A stretch of DNA of 64,000 bases from an uncultured Alphaproteobacteria bacterium (GCA_905233975.1 CAJOGD010000006.1:19609-83608); one strand, 5' to 3'; positions 38,821-49,983 are shown, counted from the first letter of the stretch. Notes: generated by a model from the letters alone, not told the origin. Made by a program: numbers and translations.

Positions 38821-39903
38821 TTATTCCTTTATCGCCACAGGTCTACCATTTTCCATTTTTTTGATTGTTGTTTCAGAATAAATCAATCCGTCTGCATCTA
38901 TTTGCATTTTGCCACGTGGGCTGATGTATTCTGTTGAAATTTGTTTTATATTTTTTGCCATATCGTCATCATTTTGATTCATTGGCAAACCATATTTTTC
39001 AATAAAGTTCGCAATCAACATAACACTGTCATATGTATTGATACTAGCGGCCTGGGGTGCTGATTTGAACCGTTTCGAATATGTTGTGTTAAATTCATCA
39101 TCGGCATTTTTCAAATCAACAAAAGGCTGGTTATTGAATAATTCTGGATTTTCTGTGAATGCGAAAATCAAGAAAGAACTTAATTCGCTACTATATTCGT
39201 CACGCAACATTTGTTTGGCAAATAATGACAAAGCAGGTTCCACAAGGTGCACAAAAACCATATCAGGTTTATTCTTGACAATTTTCGCGGCATCTGATGC
39301 AAAATCGCGCTGTTCCATATTTACGCGTACCACAGACAACACTTTGATATTATTCGCCTTTAATACGGGCTGTAATGTTTGCAGTATAAATTCACTGGAA
39401 ACATGATTAAAAGTCACTAAAGATATTGTTTTCATATTTTTAAATTTCATGTAATCAACCAATTTTTGCGATGCATCGCGCACAGAATAACTGTTTACAT
39501 AATTGAATTTATTATCACCGATGGAGCTGTCCGCCGCAGATGAAATATGCAAAACTCTATCTTTATCTGCCAATGGTTTAATAATCTTGCCTGTGGCAGT
39601 ATTAAAAGATACAATACCGGCAACATTATCTATCTTTACCAATTTTGTATATATTGAAACGGTCTTGGCGGGCGCCAGTCCCATATCTTCAGCAATAAAT
39701 TCATATTTATATTTGTTTTGTGTATTTTTATTTAATTGTTCAACCGCCATAATTGCACCGTTCTGGGCCGCCGTTCCCATTTGTGCTGCCCCACCTGTCA
39801 AAGGCAAAACTCCACCAATCTTTACCACCGGCTTATCGGATTTTTCACGGTCACAACCCGCGATTGCCAACACCGCACCCAAAACACACAAAAGTTTTTT
39901 CAT
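38821..39903 (-). CDS. LivJ/K-type substrate-binding lipoprotein
   Basis: Lipobox IAGC; 'VKIGGVLPLTG'. Confidence 0.85.
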   Translation of the reverse strand: MKKLLCVLGAVLAIAGCDREKSDKPVVKIGGVLPLTGGAAQMGTAAQNGAIMAVEQLNKNTQNKYKYEFIAEDMGLAPAKTVSIYTKLVKIDNVAGIVSFNTATGKIIKPLADKDRVLHISSAADSSIGDNKFNYVNSYSVRDASQKLVDYMKFKNMKTISLVTFNHVSSEFILQTLQPVLKANNIKVLSVVRVNMEQRDFASDAAKIVKNKPDMVFVHLVEPALSLFAKQMLRDEYSSELSSFLIFAFTENPELFNNQPFVDLKNADDEFNTTYSKRFKSAPQAASINTYDSVMLIANFIEKYGLPMNQNDDDMAKNIKQISTEYISPRGKMQIDADGLIYSETTIKKMENGRPVAIKE

Positions 39904-39906
39904 TTC

Positions 39907-41004
39907 CTACTCCTTTATTATAACCTGTTCGCCGTTTTTGATTTGTTTCATTACCCCGGGCAAGGCAATACCACCATCGGCATCTATCGTCAATGTGCCG
40001 AGTGGCGTTTTTAGTCCATTTGTATGTTCCATAATAGATTTTACCACATTTTCGGGGGCGGGTTTTTGGCCGGGTTCGGCCGCCGCATTTTCCCACGCAT
40101 TGGTTAAGACATGCAACATGGTATAGGCAAATTCCCCATAGTTCAGATTTTTATCGCCAATAACCCGTTCAAACTGTTCCACAAATTCCGGTGTGGCCGC
40201 CGCATCGTCAACATACCACATGCCTTCGGCCAAGGATTTGTCTTTTAGTGTTGCGATCGTCCATATCCCCGTAACCGGAATATTTAACTTTGCCCGTTTC
40301 ATGGCACGCAGGAACAAATCGTTTTCCGGTGGAATGGCTTCAAAGATTAAAATGTCCGGGGATTCCTTTCTGATTTTTTCAATCATGACATCAAAATTTT
40401 TGTCGCCGGGGTTGATAGAATACGCGGATTTCATTTTCACATCTTTGTTTGCGGGCGCCATGCTTTTAAAAGCGTCCACGATGGCAACACTGGCCGCGTC
40501 ACTGGTTAAAACAACCGTACTAAATGTTTTCAGGTTGTTTTTCCGCATATAGTCAAAAGTTTTCTCTATCACATTGTTGACGTCCGTAGCAATACGAAAG
40601 TTAAAATCGCCAATCGCGACCTTTGGATCGGCGGCAAAACTCATCTGAATAACTTTCTTTTGTTCGGCAATTGGATTCATTACCATTCCCTGCGACGATG
40701 TAAGCGACAACATGGCGTCGGCCTTGTCCATACTTGTGACCTTTTGTGCCGCCATCGCCGTTTTAGACGTGGAAAATTGCGCGTCTTCCAATATGGCCCT
40801 ATATTTATATTTTGCGTTCGGATTATTTTTTTCAAATTCCGACAAATACCAATCCGAAACTTTTTGGGCCGTATCACCAAACATCGCGCCGTCGCCACTC
40901 ATTGGGTACAAAAAGGCGATTTTTACCACCGGTTTATCAGATTGTTCGCGGTCACAACCCGCGATTGCCAATACTGCACACAAAATCAGAAAGATTCTTT
41001 TCAT
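39907..41004 (-). CDS. LivJ/K-type substrate-binding lipoprotein
   Basis: Lipobox; 'VKIAFLYPMSG'. Confidence 0.85.
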   Translation of the reverse strand: MKRIFLILCAVLAIAGCDREQSDKPVVKIAFLYPMSGDGAMFGDTAQKVSDWYLSEFEKNNPNAKYKYRAILEDAQFSTSKTAMAAQKVTSMDKADAMLSLTSSQGMVMNPIAEQKKVIQMSFAADPKVAIGDFNFRIATDVNNVIEKTFDYMRKNNLKTFSTVVLTSDAASVAIVDAFKSMAPANKDVKMKSAYSINPGDKNFDVMIEKIRKESPDILIFEAIPPENDLFLRAMKRAKLNIPVTGIWTIATLKDKSLAEGMWYVDDAAATPEFVEQFERVIGDKNLNYGEFAYTMLHVLTNAWENAAAEPGQKPAPENVVKSIMEHTNGLKTPLGTLTIDADGGIALPGVMKQIKNGEQVIIKE

Positions 41005-41013
41005 TTTTACCCC

Positions 41014-42075
41014 CTATTTTTCCATAATTTCTTTCTTGCCGCCCGCGACGTGTTGATAGATATGATTATGTATAACCAAATCTTTGTTCGCACTGACTTC
41101 CAACTTGCCAATTGGTGATGCGGTTTGGGCGGCGGCGGCAATAAATTCATCCATATTATCGGGGCTTGCATTTTCAAACCCGTTGATTAACGCCATCAAC
41201 ATAGTATAAACATAATCGGCATAATATATGTTATCGGTGCCACCCATTTGTTTATACCGTTCAACAAAATTCGCATCAGATTGCGCAGTATCAACATCCC
41301 ATGCGCCCTCTAACAATTCAAGATTTGTTGTCATACCCAGCAATTGAAATCCCGCGATTGGAATATTCGCATTATTTTCGTGTAATTGTTTGATGAAAAT
41401 ATCCGTTGCGGGCGGTGTGGCCTCAAACACTATATAGTCCGGTTTTGCGCGTTTGATTTTTTGTATCAATGCAAAGAAATTTTTTTCATCCGGAACGAAA
41501 CTTTCATTTAAAACTATTTTCAATTCTTTTTTAAAGACCGGCACCAGGTCCGCGACCATATAATTCATTGCTGGGGTATTTTGATAAATAATCGCGATAT
41601 TCTTTTTCTTTTCTGACTTTATCTTTTTCGCAATCATTTCAGCCGCGGTTGCAATATCTGGCAGCAATCGGAAATTATAGTCGCCTTGGCTTGCCTCTGG
41701 CGCACTAACAAAGAATATCGACGGGATTTTATTTTCTTGGGCTATTGGTGCGACAACCATTGCGGTTGACGAAATATACCCCATAACCGCATTTATTTTA
41801 TCGGTAAATATCAATTTGCGGATAATGGTCGATGCCTTGGCGGTGTCCATGCCCGAATCTTCCAATATAAATTTATAATAATTTTTTGTGTCCGCGGTGT
41901 CCGCCTTTACCATTTCTATCGCGCGTTTTGTGGCGGCACCGTATTCGGCCATATCGCCCGACAGTGGCAACATCATGCCGATTTTAATTACGGGTTTATT
42001 TTGCGGATTTTCGTTTTGTTTATCACATGCACAGAGTGATAAAGCCATACACAAGATTAGAAAGATTTTCTTCAT
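41014..42075 (-). CDS. LivJ/K-type substrate-binding lipoprotein
   Basis: Lipobox; 'IKIGMMLPLSG'. Confidence 0.85.
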   Translation of the reverse strand: MKKIFLILCMALSLCACDKQNENPQNKPVIKIGMMLPLSGDMAEYGAATKRAIEMVKADTADTKNYYKFILEDSGMDTAKASTIIRKLIFTDKINAVMGYISSTAMVVAPIAQENKIPSIFFVSAPEASQGDYNFRLLPDIATAAEMIAKKIKSEKKKNIAIIYQNTPAMNYMVADLVPVFKKELKIVLNESFVPDEKNFFALIQKIKRAKPDYIVFEATPPATDIFIKQLHENNANIPIAGFQLLGMTTNLELLEGAWDVDTAQSDANFVERYKQMGGTDNIYYADYVYTMLMALINGFENASPDNMDEFIAAAAQTASPIGKLEVSANKDLVIHNHIYQHVAGGKKEIMEK

Positions 42076-42088
42076 TTTTTTACTCCTT

Positions 42089-43168
42089 TTATTTAATTGC
42101 CTGTAATGCACCGTCTTTTACAATGCCGGTCACTACGTTCGAATGAAATTGACCACGCGAATCAAGCGTATATTTCCCAACAACGCCACTATAATCCGTC
42201 TTGGATAACAACTGCGCAGAAACCTCGTCCGCCGTTGGGATATTATTTTCTGTCTCTGTATTCTCGTACGCTTCAACAATCAGGCTTCCGATATCATACA
42301 GATATGCACTGCTGGACGCGCCCTGCCCGGCCAATCCCCATTGTGTCTTTAACTCTTCGGGGGTTATGAATGCGCCGATGTTATAAAACCCTTCGTAAAG
42401 AGCGAAATCTTTCGCCATCGGCAATGCGTCACTATACGCAATTATTTTATTAACATTTTGATTACGGATTTCACGTGTCAATATATCCAATTCCGGTTCA
42501 TAAGAATAAATAAACACCGCGCCAGATTCCGAATTTTTTAGTTTTGATACCAACACCCTGAAATCTACTTCGCCTTTATTAAACCGGTGAACCGTATATT
42601 TTATTTTTGCCGCATCCAAATTTGCCAACAGTGGTGTCAATAACTGATCCGCGGCGCCGATATTTTCATAGACCAAATCAACATTTTTAACAGAACGCGA
42701 TTTCAAAAACTCAATCGTTGCGGCATTTTCGTCCGGACCCGTTATAAAGTTCTGAAAATTATATTTGCTTTGTAAAACAACATCATCAAAAGAAAAATTA
42801 AAATTGATTGTTTGATTTTTCGCCGCCATTGGTGCGACTATGCGCCCCGCCCCAGAAAAGAACGATATTATTACATTGACTTTGTCCGTATAAATGAATT
42901 TATTTGCAATATTATTTATGGTCTTGGAATCCATTTGGTCATTTTCGACCATCAAATCATAATAATATTTGTTATCCTGGTTTTTATTTGCGTCATTAAT
43001 CGCGGCCCGCAAAGCCTTGTGTCCCGCATTACCAACCGCCGCCATATTCCCGGTCAGTGGAAAAGACGCCCCGATTTTTACCACCGGTTTATTTGTCGGA
43101 TTTTCGTTTTGTTTATCACACGCACACAGAGCCAGAATCGCACATAAAACGCACAACAGCTTCTTCAT
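42089..43168 (-). CDS. LivJ/K-type substrate-binding lipoprotein
   Basis: Lipobox; 'VKIGASFPLTG'. Confidence 0.85.
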   Translation of the reverse strand: MKKLLCVLCAILALCACDKQNENPTNKPVVKIGASFPLTGNMAAVGNAGHKALRAAINDANKNQDNKYYYDLMVENDQMDSKTINNIANKFIYTDKVNVIISFFSGAGRIVAPMAAKNQTINFNFSFDDVVLQSKYNFQNFITGPDENAATIEFLKSRSVKNVDLVYENIGAADQLLTPLLANLDAAKIKYTVHRFNKGEVDFRVLVSKLKNSESGAVFIYSYEPELDILTREIRNQNVNKIIAYSDALPMAKDFALYEGFYNIGAFITPEELKTQWGLAGQGASSSAYLYDIGSLIVEAYENTETENNIPTADEVSAQLLSKTDYSGVVGKYTLDSRGQFHSNVVTGIVKDGALQAIK

Positions 43169-43171
43169 TTC

Positions 43172-44239
43172 CTACTCCTTTACAACAACGGGTTTGCCAT
43201 TGACGACTTTTTTCAAAACCGCATTTGAATTGAAAATTCCGTTTTCGTCCTGAATGATTTTTCCAACCACGCCGTCGTATTCTTTAAGTTTCAACAATTC
43301 GTCAATCGCGGTTTCTTTGGTTTCCGCCCGTTCAAACGCCGCGACCACCAACATCGCCGCATCATACGCATTACCAACACTGAATATATTTTCAGATTTG
43401 TTATGCGTTGTGAATTTTTCGATATATTCTGGTTGTAATTCTGCGGCATCTGTGTACCAAAAACCTTCTATCACGCTTTTGTCGTCCAAGAAACTGAACG
43501 CCTCTACCGATGTGACCGGGGCCGTATTTTTGGATTCTTGCAATCGTTTCAATATAATGTCCAAAGCCGGCGAATATTCAAACAACACATAAAGTCCTGG
43601 CTTTGTCATCGCCGCCTTTTTCAGCAACAAATTAAAATCCCGTTCTTGGTTATTTGTGCGGAATTCAGTGAACTTGATTTTGTGTTTATTCAACAAGTTT
43701 TGTAAAGTTTCCGACATTTCTATCCATGCGGGATCAACACCAGTAAAAATTACTATGTTATTAATTTTATCTTTGACGATTTTTTCCACCAATTTATCTA
43801 CTTCGTATCTTGGCTGGGTCCAATGGATAAAGTTGTATTTACCGTCGGCAACCTTGGCATCAGACGCATTCGCAGAAATATGTATTATTTTATTTTTCTC
43901 TGCCAATGGCGTTGTGGTCAGCCCGATTACAGAACCAAAATCTATTATCGCATCAACTTTATCGACATTGAAAAATTTTTGATTCACCAATGCGGCGCGT
44001 TTAATTTCAAGCGCATTATCTTCGATAATAAATTTGTAATTGTATTTTAAATCATCGGCCTTGGCATGCAGATCTTGTTCGGCAACCTCTATCGCACCCT
44101 TCATAATGGCGCCAATATTGCCCATATCGCCGGACAGCGTCAAAGACACGCCGATTTTTATCTCTGGTTTATTCGATTCCTGTTTATCGCACGCACACAG
44201 TGATAAAGCCATACATAAAACACTTATCAGTTTCCTCAT
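43172..44239 (-). CDS. LivJ/K-type substrate-binding lipoprotein
   Basis: Lipobox; 'IKIGVSLTLSG'. Confidence 0.85.
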   Translation of the reverse strand: MRKLISVLCMALSLCACDKQESNKPEIKIGVSLTLSGDMGNIGAIMKGAIEVAEQDLHAKADDLKYNYKFIIEDNALEIKRAALVNQKFFNVDKVDAIIDFGSVIGLTTTPLAEKNKIIHISANASDAKVADGKYNFIHWTQPRYEVDKLVEKIVKDKINNIVIFTGVDPAWIEMSETLQNLLNKHKIKFTEFRTNNQERDFNLLLKKAAMTKPGLYVLFEYSPALDIILKRLQESKNTAPVTSVEAFSFLDDKSVIEGFWYTDAAELQPEYIEKFTTHNKSENIFSVGNAYDAAMLVVAAFERAETKETAIDELLKLKEYDGVVGKIIQDENGIFNSNAVLKKVVNGKPVVVKE

Positions 44240-44242
44240 TTT

Positions 44243-45316
44243 TTACTCCTTTATTATAATTTGTTCACCGTTCACAAACTTTCTGACCACAGATGGCGAT
44301 TTTATGACGCCATTATCTTGGACCTCTAATCTTCCAACTATGCCATCATAGAATTTCGTTTTCTTTAGTGTTTCGGCCACCTCATAGTCATTTGGTATTC
44401 GGCCGTTTTTGGCATAGAAATCTTCATTTGCGGTCATAATAAGGTTGACTATGTCATAGGCGTATGCCGGAATATTCAAGACCTTGGACGATGTCTTTTG
44501 TGCCATGCGCGCAATGAATTTTTCATCGCCATCTGGGGCAAAAACAAACACCTGGTTTTCAAATAATTCTGGATTTTTTGTCAGACCCATATTTTGAATA
44601 TTAATTACCGGAATATTAACATCATCGGCCAACATTTCTTTGCGTATAATTTCCAACGCCGGCGAAAAAGTGTTCAAAATCCAATAATCCGCCCCGAAAG
44701 CCTTGGCCTTTTGTATCATCAACGCAAAATTACGATTATCCGGACCAAATGAAAATTCTTGGTATTTAATATTGTTTTTATCCAAGAATTCATTTGTCTT
44801 TACACGAAACTCCTCGTTACCAACCGTTTGCATATTAAAGGCAACAACTTTTTTGCATTTTTGCGACACCAAATAATCGACCATTTTCTTGGCCGCAATA
44901 TCAACTAATTGCCAATCGGTAAAGTTTAAATCACCTTCGGCAATATTGGACGCATTGGAAAGACTGATATGTAAAACTTTTGCTTTGTCCGCAATCGGTG
45001 ATACAACCGAACCAACTGGCGAAAAAGAACTAACCACCGCATCAACTTTATCAACACTTATGAATTTGTTAGCAATTATCGCGGCCTTGGACGGGGTGAA
45101 CATGTCGTCTTCAAAAATGATTTTAAATTTTATCGGCGAATCTTTATGATCTTCGGCCGCCAGTTCAACCGCATAGCGACTGTTTTCGCCAAATTCAGCG
45201 AGTTCACCAGACATTGGCAACATCACGCCAATCTTTACCACCGGTTTATCGGATTTTTCTTCACTGCACGCGACCAAAGTGATTGCTGCCAATATAGATA
45301 TCAAAAGTTTCTTCAT
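44243..45316 (-). CDS. LivJ/K-type substrate-binding lipoprotein
   Basis: Lipobox; 'VKIGVMLPMSG'. Confidence 0.85.
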   Translation of the reverse strand: MKKLLISILAAITLVACSEEKSDKPVVKIGVMLPMSGELAEFGENSRYAVELAAEDHKDSPIKFKIIFEDDMFTPSKAAIIANKFISVDKVDAVVSSFSPVGSVVSPIADKAKVLHISLSNASNIAEGDLNFTDWQLVDIAAKKMVDYLVSQKCKKVVAFNMQTVGNEEFRVKTNEFLDKNNIKYQEFSFGPDNRNFALMIQKAKAFGADYWILNTFSPALEIIRKEMLADDVNIPVINIQNMGLTKNPELFENQVFVFAPDGDEKFIARMAQKTSSKVLNIPAYAYDIVNLIMTANEDFYAKNGRIPNDYEVAETLKKTKFYDGIVGRLEVQDNGVIKSPSVVRKFVNGEQIIIKE

Positions 45317-45318
45317 TT

Positions 45319-46050
45319 TTACACTCCCAGGTATGCCTGTTGAACGGATTTATTGCGCAAAACGGTGTCCGGCGCGCCGGACGCCAACAACGCCCCATGG
45401 TCCAGGACGATAATATGGTCGGACAGTTGTTTTATCAGCCCCATATTGTGTTCGATAATCACGACGGTTTTATTTTGCGCCTTTAATTCACTAATCAGGC
45501 CCAGCACGTGTTCCACGCGTTTTGCAAACAGCCCTGAAAACGGTTCGTCCAGTAAATAAATATCTGCGTCTTGAATCAATGCACGCCCCAGTTCCAGCAA
45601 TTTCCGTTGGCCATACGATAATTCTTCGGCCAATTTATGACGATGCGATGAAAGGCCGATTTTTTCCAACGTTGCATTGACACGTGCCATCATTTCCGGC
45701 GTTTTAAATTGGCGCAGTGATTTAGTAAATTTTGTTTCCGCAATTGCCAACAATAAATTATCATCGACCGATAGCTGATTTATCAAACGCCCGTCTTGGA
45801 AAGTGCGCGCGATGCGCAGTTCGCGCAACCTGATTGGTTCAATAAAATCAAATGTTTCGTCGTCAATCGTGATTGTGCCGCAATCGGGCCTGTATAATCC
45901 AGATATCAGGTTCATTAGTGTGGTTTTCCCCGAACCGTTTGGCCCAATCAGTCCGGTTGTTTTGCCGGCGGCAATCGATATAGACAAATCATCGACGGCG
46001 TGCAGACCGCCAAAGTTTTTTGTTAAATGTGTGACGATTATGCTTTTCAC
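45319..46050 (-). CDS. livG: ABC transporter ATPase (LivG-like)
   Basis: 'FGGLHAV', GPNGSGKTT, 'IARTFQ', LSYGQ, 'EHNM'. Confidence 0.85.
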   Translation of the reverse strand: MKSIIVTHLTKNFGGLHAVDDLSISIAAGKTTGLIGPNGSGKTTLMNLISGLYRPDCGTITIDDETFDFIEPIRLRELRIARTFQDGRLINQLSVDDNLLLAIAETKFTKSLRQFKTPEMMARVNATLEKIGLSSHRHKLAEELSYGQRKLLELGRALIQDADIYLLDEPFSGLFAKRVEHVLGLISELKAQNKTVVIIEHNMGLIKQLSDHIIVLDHGALLASGAPDTVLRNKSVQQAYLGV

Positions 46051-46052
46051 TT

Positions 46053-46919
46053 TTACATCCTGTATTTTCCAAAAAGTCCGCGCGGGCGATAAACCATTAT
46101 CAAAATCAACGCCAACCCGTAAATAATCTGTTGCAACTGGGCCGCCGTTTCATAAGGCAGGCCGACAAAGCGCAAAATTTCCGGCAAACTTAACAATATC
46201 AGCGCGCCGGCAATACTGCCCAGACTTGACGCCAAACCGCCGATAATGATGATTGTGAACAGGAATATACTTTCGTGAATTTGAAACGTACTGGGGTCAA
46301 TAAACGCGATATACGACGCAAACAATCCGCCCGCAATTCCCGCAACGACCGCAGACAGCAAAAATATCACATTTTTAAACCTTTCGACCGGGTATCCCAT
46401 AACAGTTGCCAATTCTTCATCTTCACGAATTGCCTTTAATCCGCGGCCATACGACGACCGATCAATCCACCGATAAAGCGCGAAAATAATTGCCAATATC
46501 ACGAACGCCAATCCCAGAAACGCGGCATTAGAATCAATCGCAAATCCAAACAATGACGGCTTTGGAATACCGAATATCCCCAGTGGCCCATTCGTTAAAT
46601 CTTTCCAGTTCAAAAACAAAGAATACACGATAATCCCAAGTCCCGCGGACACAATCGCGTAATACCCGCCGTTAAATCGCGACAAAATGCGCCCGACGAC
46701 ATACGCAACCGCGATATTTATCACCGCGCCAATCAGCAACGACACAAAGAAATTTATACCAAACCCGGTCATAACAATTGCGGTGGCATACGCACCAATT
46801 CCATAAAACGCCGCCGGTGCCAAAGACAGCAGGCCCGTCAATCCCACCACCATGTTAAGCGATAACGCCAACACGCCATAAATACAAAACAAAATGCCAA
46901 GATTGATTAGATATTCCAT
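46053..46919 (-). CDS. livM: ABC transporter permease (LivM-like)
   Basis: 'GLLSLA..AFYGIGAY', 'GRGLKAIREDE'. Confidence 0.85.
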   Translation of the reverse strand: MEYLINLGILFCIYGVLALSLNMVVGLTGLLSLAPAAFYGIGAYATAIVMTGFGINFFVSLLIGAVINIAVAYVVGRILSRFNGGYYAIVSAGLGIIVYSLFLNWKDLTNGPLGIFGIPKPSLFGFAIDSNAAFLGLAFVILAIIFALYRWIDRSSYGRGLKAIREDEELATVMGYPVERFKNVIFLLSAVVAGIAGGLFASYIAFIDPSTFQIHESIFLFTIIIIGGLASSLGSIAGALILLSLPEILRFVGLPYETAAQLQQIIYGLALILIMVYRPRGLFGKYRM

Positions 46920-46920
46920 G

Positions 46921-47991
46921 TTATTGTGCCACCTGTATTGGTTTGCCGTTTTCCATTTTTTCTATGATTCCGTCGGAATAAATTATTCCATTCTGATTCA
47001 TGTGCAGTTTTCCATTCGCGCCATTATAATCAGATATAACATCGTGCAGTTTTTGCCCGTAATCGACATTTTCTTTGCCGTATTTTTCGAACACATCATG
47101 AATTATTTTCACCGCATCATAATGCGCCGGCACAGAAATATCAGACATTTTGCCCGAAAATTCATTTGCATATCTTTGTTTGAAATCCGATGTCCCCGAC
47201 GGCGCGTTTATAAAATAGTTTCCATCAAACAAACCCGGTTCATTACTAAACGCGAACAAATAATATGTGGTAAGTTTCCCGGCATACCCCGCAATTTTAA
47301 GTTCCCGCGCAAAAATGCTCATCAACGGTTCGTACGCATACAGCAAAACGACATCGGGCTTTTTGTTTTTTACGCGCAACGCTTCGGACTTTACATTTTT
47401 TGCGTCGGGCAGTATTTTTTCGGTCGCCACAATTTTTATATTATTCTTTTTCAGTTCCGGTTCGGTTGCCGCCAAAACTGCCTCGCCCGCCATGTGATTC
47501 ATTGTGACGATGGCGATTGCTTTAACCTTTTGCGATTTCAGATATTCGGACAATTGCGCCGCCAACGCGTTCAAGTCGGACGAATTATTAAAAGTATATT
47601 CATTGTCGGCAACACTGCCGTCGGCGGAAAAAGATATATGTAAAATTTTATCGTTTTTTACCCTTTCTTTGACCGCGTGGCCCATGGCGGCGTTTTCAGA
47701 AATCAAAACATCGATTTTATCATAGTTTTTTAATTTATCGTATAAGCTGACGGTTTTTTTCGGGTCGAATCCGTCCTCCATGACAATTTCGTATTTGAAT
47801 TTGTTGTTTGGGTCGGCGTTGATTTCGGCCAAAGCCATCATCATACCATTCTTGGCGGATTCGCCAAAGTTGGAATTATCGCCGGACAGTGGCAACACCG
47901 CACCGATTTTTACGACCGGCCGACCGGACTCTTCGCGGTCGCATGCACAGAGTGACACCGCCATACATAAAACACACAATAATTTTTTCAT
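46921..47991 (-). CDS. LivJ/K-type substrate-binding lipoprotein
   Basis: Lipobox; 'VKIGAVLPLSG'. Confidence 0.85.
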   Translation of the reverse strand: MKKLLCVLCMAVSLCACDREESGRPVVKIGAVLPLSGDNSNFGESAKNGMMMALAEINADPNNKFKYEIVMEDGFDPKKTVSLYDKLKNYDKIDVLISENAAMGHAVKERVKNDKILHISFSADGSVADNEYTFNNSSDLNALAAQLSEYLKSQKVKAIAIVTMNHMAGEAVLAATEPELKKNNIKIVATEKILPDAKNVKSEALRVKNKKPDVVLLYAYEPLMSIFARELKIAGYAGKLTTYYLFAFSNEPGLFDGNYFINAPSGTSDFKQRYANEFSGKMSDISVPAHYDAVKIIHDVFEKYGKENVDYGQKLHDVISDYNGANGKLHMNQNGIIYSDGIIEKMENGKPIQVAQ

Positions 47992-48001
47992 TTTTATACC
48001 C

Positions 48002-49075
48002 CTATTTTTCAACCATTACCGGTTTGCCGTCTTTGATTTCCATTACGATTGCGCCGGATTGAAATACGCCGTCGGCGTCAACCCAAATATCGCCAACCGA
48101 GCCATGAAAATTCTTGGTTTCCATTATTTTATTGGCAACCTCTTCGGATGTTGGTTTGCGCCCCAATTTATCGTATAATTCCGAATATGTTTTCCCAAGT
48201 ATATATCCCGCATCATACGCATACCCCAGCGAGAAATAATTTGTAGAGCCCGTTTTTTCCGTTACACGATTCAACAAGTCCTGTTCGCCTTCGGGCGTGA
48301 TGATATATTGCGCGCCGTTCAATTTATCTTGGATATTTGAAAAAAGGAACGAGTCAATCGCAACAAGTGGTTTGTTAACCTGTTTTTCAATTATTGTTTT
48401 CAGCAAAATATCAAGGCTTGGCGGCAACGCGGTTGTGTACCAAACATCGAAATTCTTTTTCTTCATTTTATCCACAATGACATTAAAGTCCTTGTCATCT
48501 ATGCCAAAATTTACGCGTTCTGTTTTAATGCCCGCCGCCTTTAACTTTAATTCAACCAAATCTGTTGTCTGTTGCAGTCCCGGTTGATATACCGCAAACA
48601 GAACAGCACTTTTTGCGCCTTTGCTCTTAATCAAATCAACCATTTTATCTGCCAAAACTTCGGATTGCGTCCAATGAATAAAGTTATATTTTCCAACCGC
48701 GATGTTTTTATCATTGCTGATTCCAAAATGGAAAACGCCCGCGTTATCCGCGATTGGCGAAATAACATTTCCCGCCACCGCAGACCATGAAATAATCGCA
48801 TCAACCTTGTCCGCATTTATCAACTTGTTTGCCGCGGTCGCCGCACGTGGTGCATCATATCCAAAATCTTCATAAACATATTTTATCTGAACATTCTTCG
48901 GTGCCACATCTTGCAAAGCCAATTCCAATGTTGCCCTTACATTTTCACCGTTTTCCGCAAACTTTCCCGAAAAAGATGAAACAACACCGATCTTTACTGT
49001 GGTCTTACCGGAATCACCACCATCGCACGCAACCAACGATAACGCCGCACACAAAGCACAAAACAGTTTCCTCAT
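48002..49075 (-). CDS. LivJ/K-type substrate-binding lipoprotein
   Basis: Lipobox; 'VKIGVVSSFSG'. Confidence 0.85.
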   Translation of the reverse strand: MRKLFCALCAALSLVACDGGDSGKTTVKIGVVSSFSGKFAENGENVRATLELALQDVAPKNVQIKYVYEDFGYDAPRAATAANKLINADKVDAIISWSAVAGNVISPIADNAGVFHFGISNDKNIAVGKYNFIHWTQSEVLADKMVDLIKSKGAKSAVLFAVYQPGLQQTTDLVELKLKAAGIKTERVNFGIDDKDFNVIVDKMKKKNFDVWYTTALPPSLDILLKTIIEKQVNKPLVAIDSFLFSNIQDKLNGAQYIITPEGEQDLLNRVTEKTGSTNYFSLGYAYDAGYILGKTYSELYDKLGRKPTSEEVANKIMETKNFHGSVGDIWVDADGVFQSGAIVMEIKDGKPVMVEK

Positions 49076-49983
49076 TTTTTACTTCCTTTTGGTTTCGTTA
49101 ATTTACAAGATACTTTTTTGGGTGCGCGCACAAATATCCCATTTGGACGCAACCATAACAGCAAGATGAATATCACGAATGCGATTAAATCGCGCCACTG
49201 GCTTGCAAAGAACCAAACGCCGATATTTTCCGCCAATGCCAACACCATAGACCCCAGGTATGCCGCCAAAACCGTCGGTCCGCCGATAATTGCACCAATC
49301 ATACCTTTGAACAAAACGTTGAATCCCATTGTCGGTTCCATACCCGTATCATATCCAACACAGACGCCATAAAGTCCCAATATCGCCCCCACTACAATGG
49401 ACACAATTATAATGACGCGATTTATATTTATCCCCGTTGTGTATGCAAGTTCGGGGCACTGTGCAATCGCGCGGATTTCCTTGCCCAGGAAAGTTTTTTG
49501 CAACAAAACATATATTCCAATCAACGACAGCGCGCCCAATATAATTATTATCAACTGAACCAACGGGACATGCGCGAACCCAAGGTTTACCTGGGATAAA
49601 TCCGCAACCGTTCCCAATGTTTGATACTGGGGGCCGAATATCAAATGAATCACCGATTCAAAGATTGTATAAACGCCCAACGACACAACCAGCAAGACCA
49701 TCGGACTTGCGCCCGCGGTGCGCATGGGGCGATATATAAATGCCTCTTGCGCCCAGGTGAATACGATTACGCCAAGTAAAATCAGCGGATACGCATAAAT
49801 ACCAAACATCGGTAATAATGAATAACCCAAATATGCGCCCAACGCCACCGACGCGCCCAACGCCATATTAAAAAACGGCGACACAGAAAACATTAAACGG
49901 AAAGCCATCGCAACAATCGCATACCCCGAACCAATGATAAGGGTATTCAACAAAACAGACGATAATACGCCAATATCAGACAC
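49072..49983 (-). CDS. livH: ABC transporter permease (LivH-like)
   Basis: GTG start with AAGGA RBS; 'KTFLGKEIRAIAQ', 'LWLRPNGIF'. Confidence 0.8.
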   Translation of the reverse strand: MSDIGVLSSVLLNTLIIGSGYAIVAMAFRLMFSVSPFFNMALGASVALGAYLGYSLLPMFGIYAYPLILLGVIVFTWAQEAFIYRPMRTAGASPMVLLVVSLGVYTIFESVIHLIFGPQYQTLGTVADLSQVNLGFAHVPLVQLIIIILGALSLIGIYVLLQKTFLGKEIRAIAQCPELAYTTGININRVIIIVSIVVGAILGLYGVCVGYDTGMEPTMGFNVLFKGMIGAIIGGPTVLAAYLGSMVLALAENIGVWFFASQWRDLIAFVIFILLLWLRPNGIFVRAPKKVSCKLTKPKGSKK

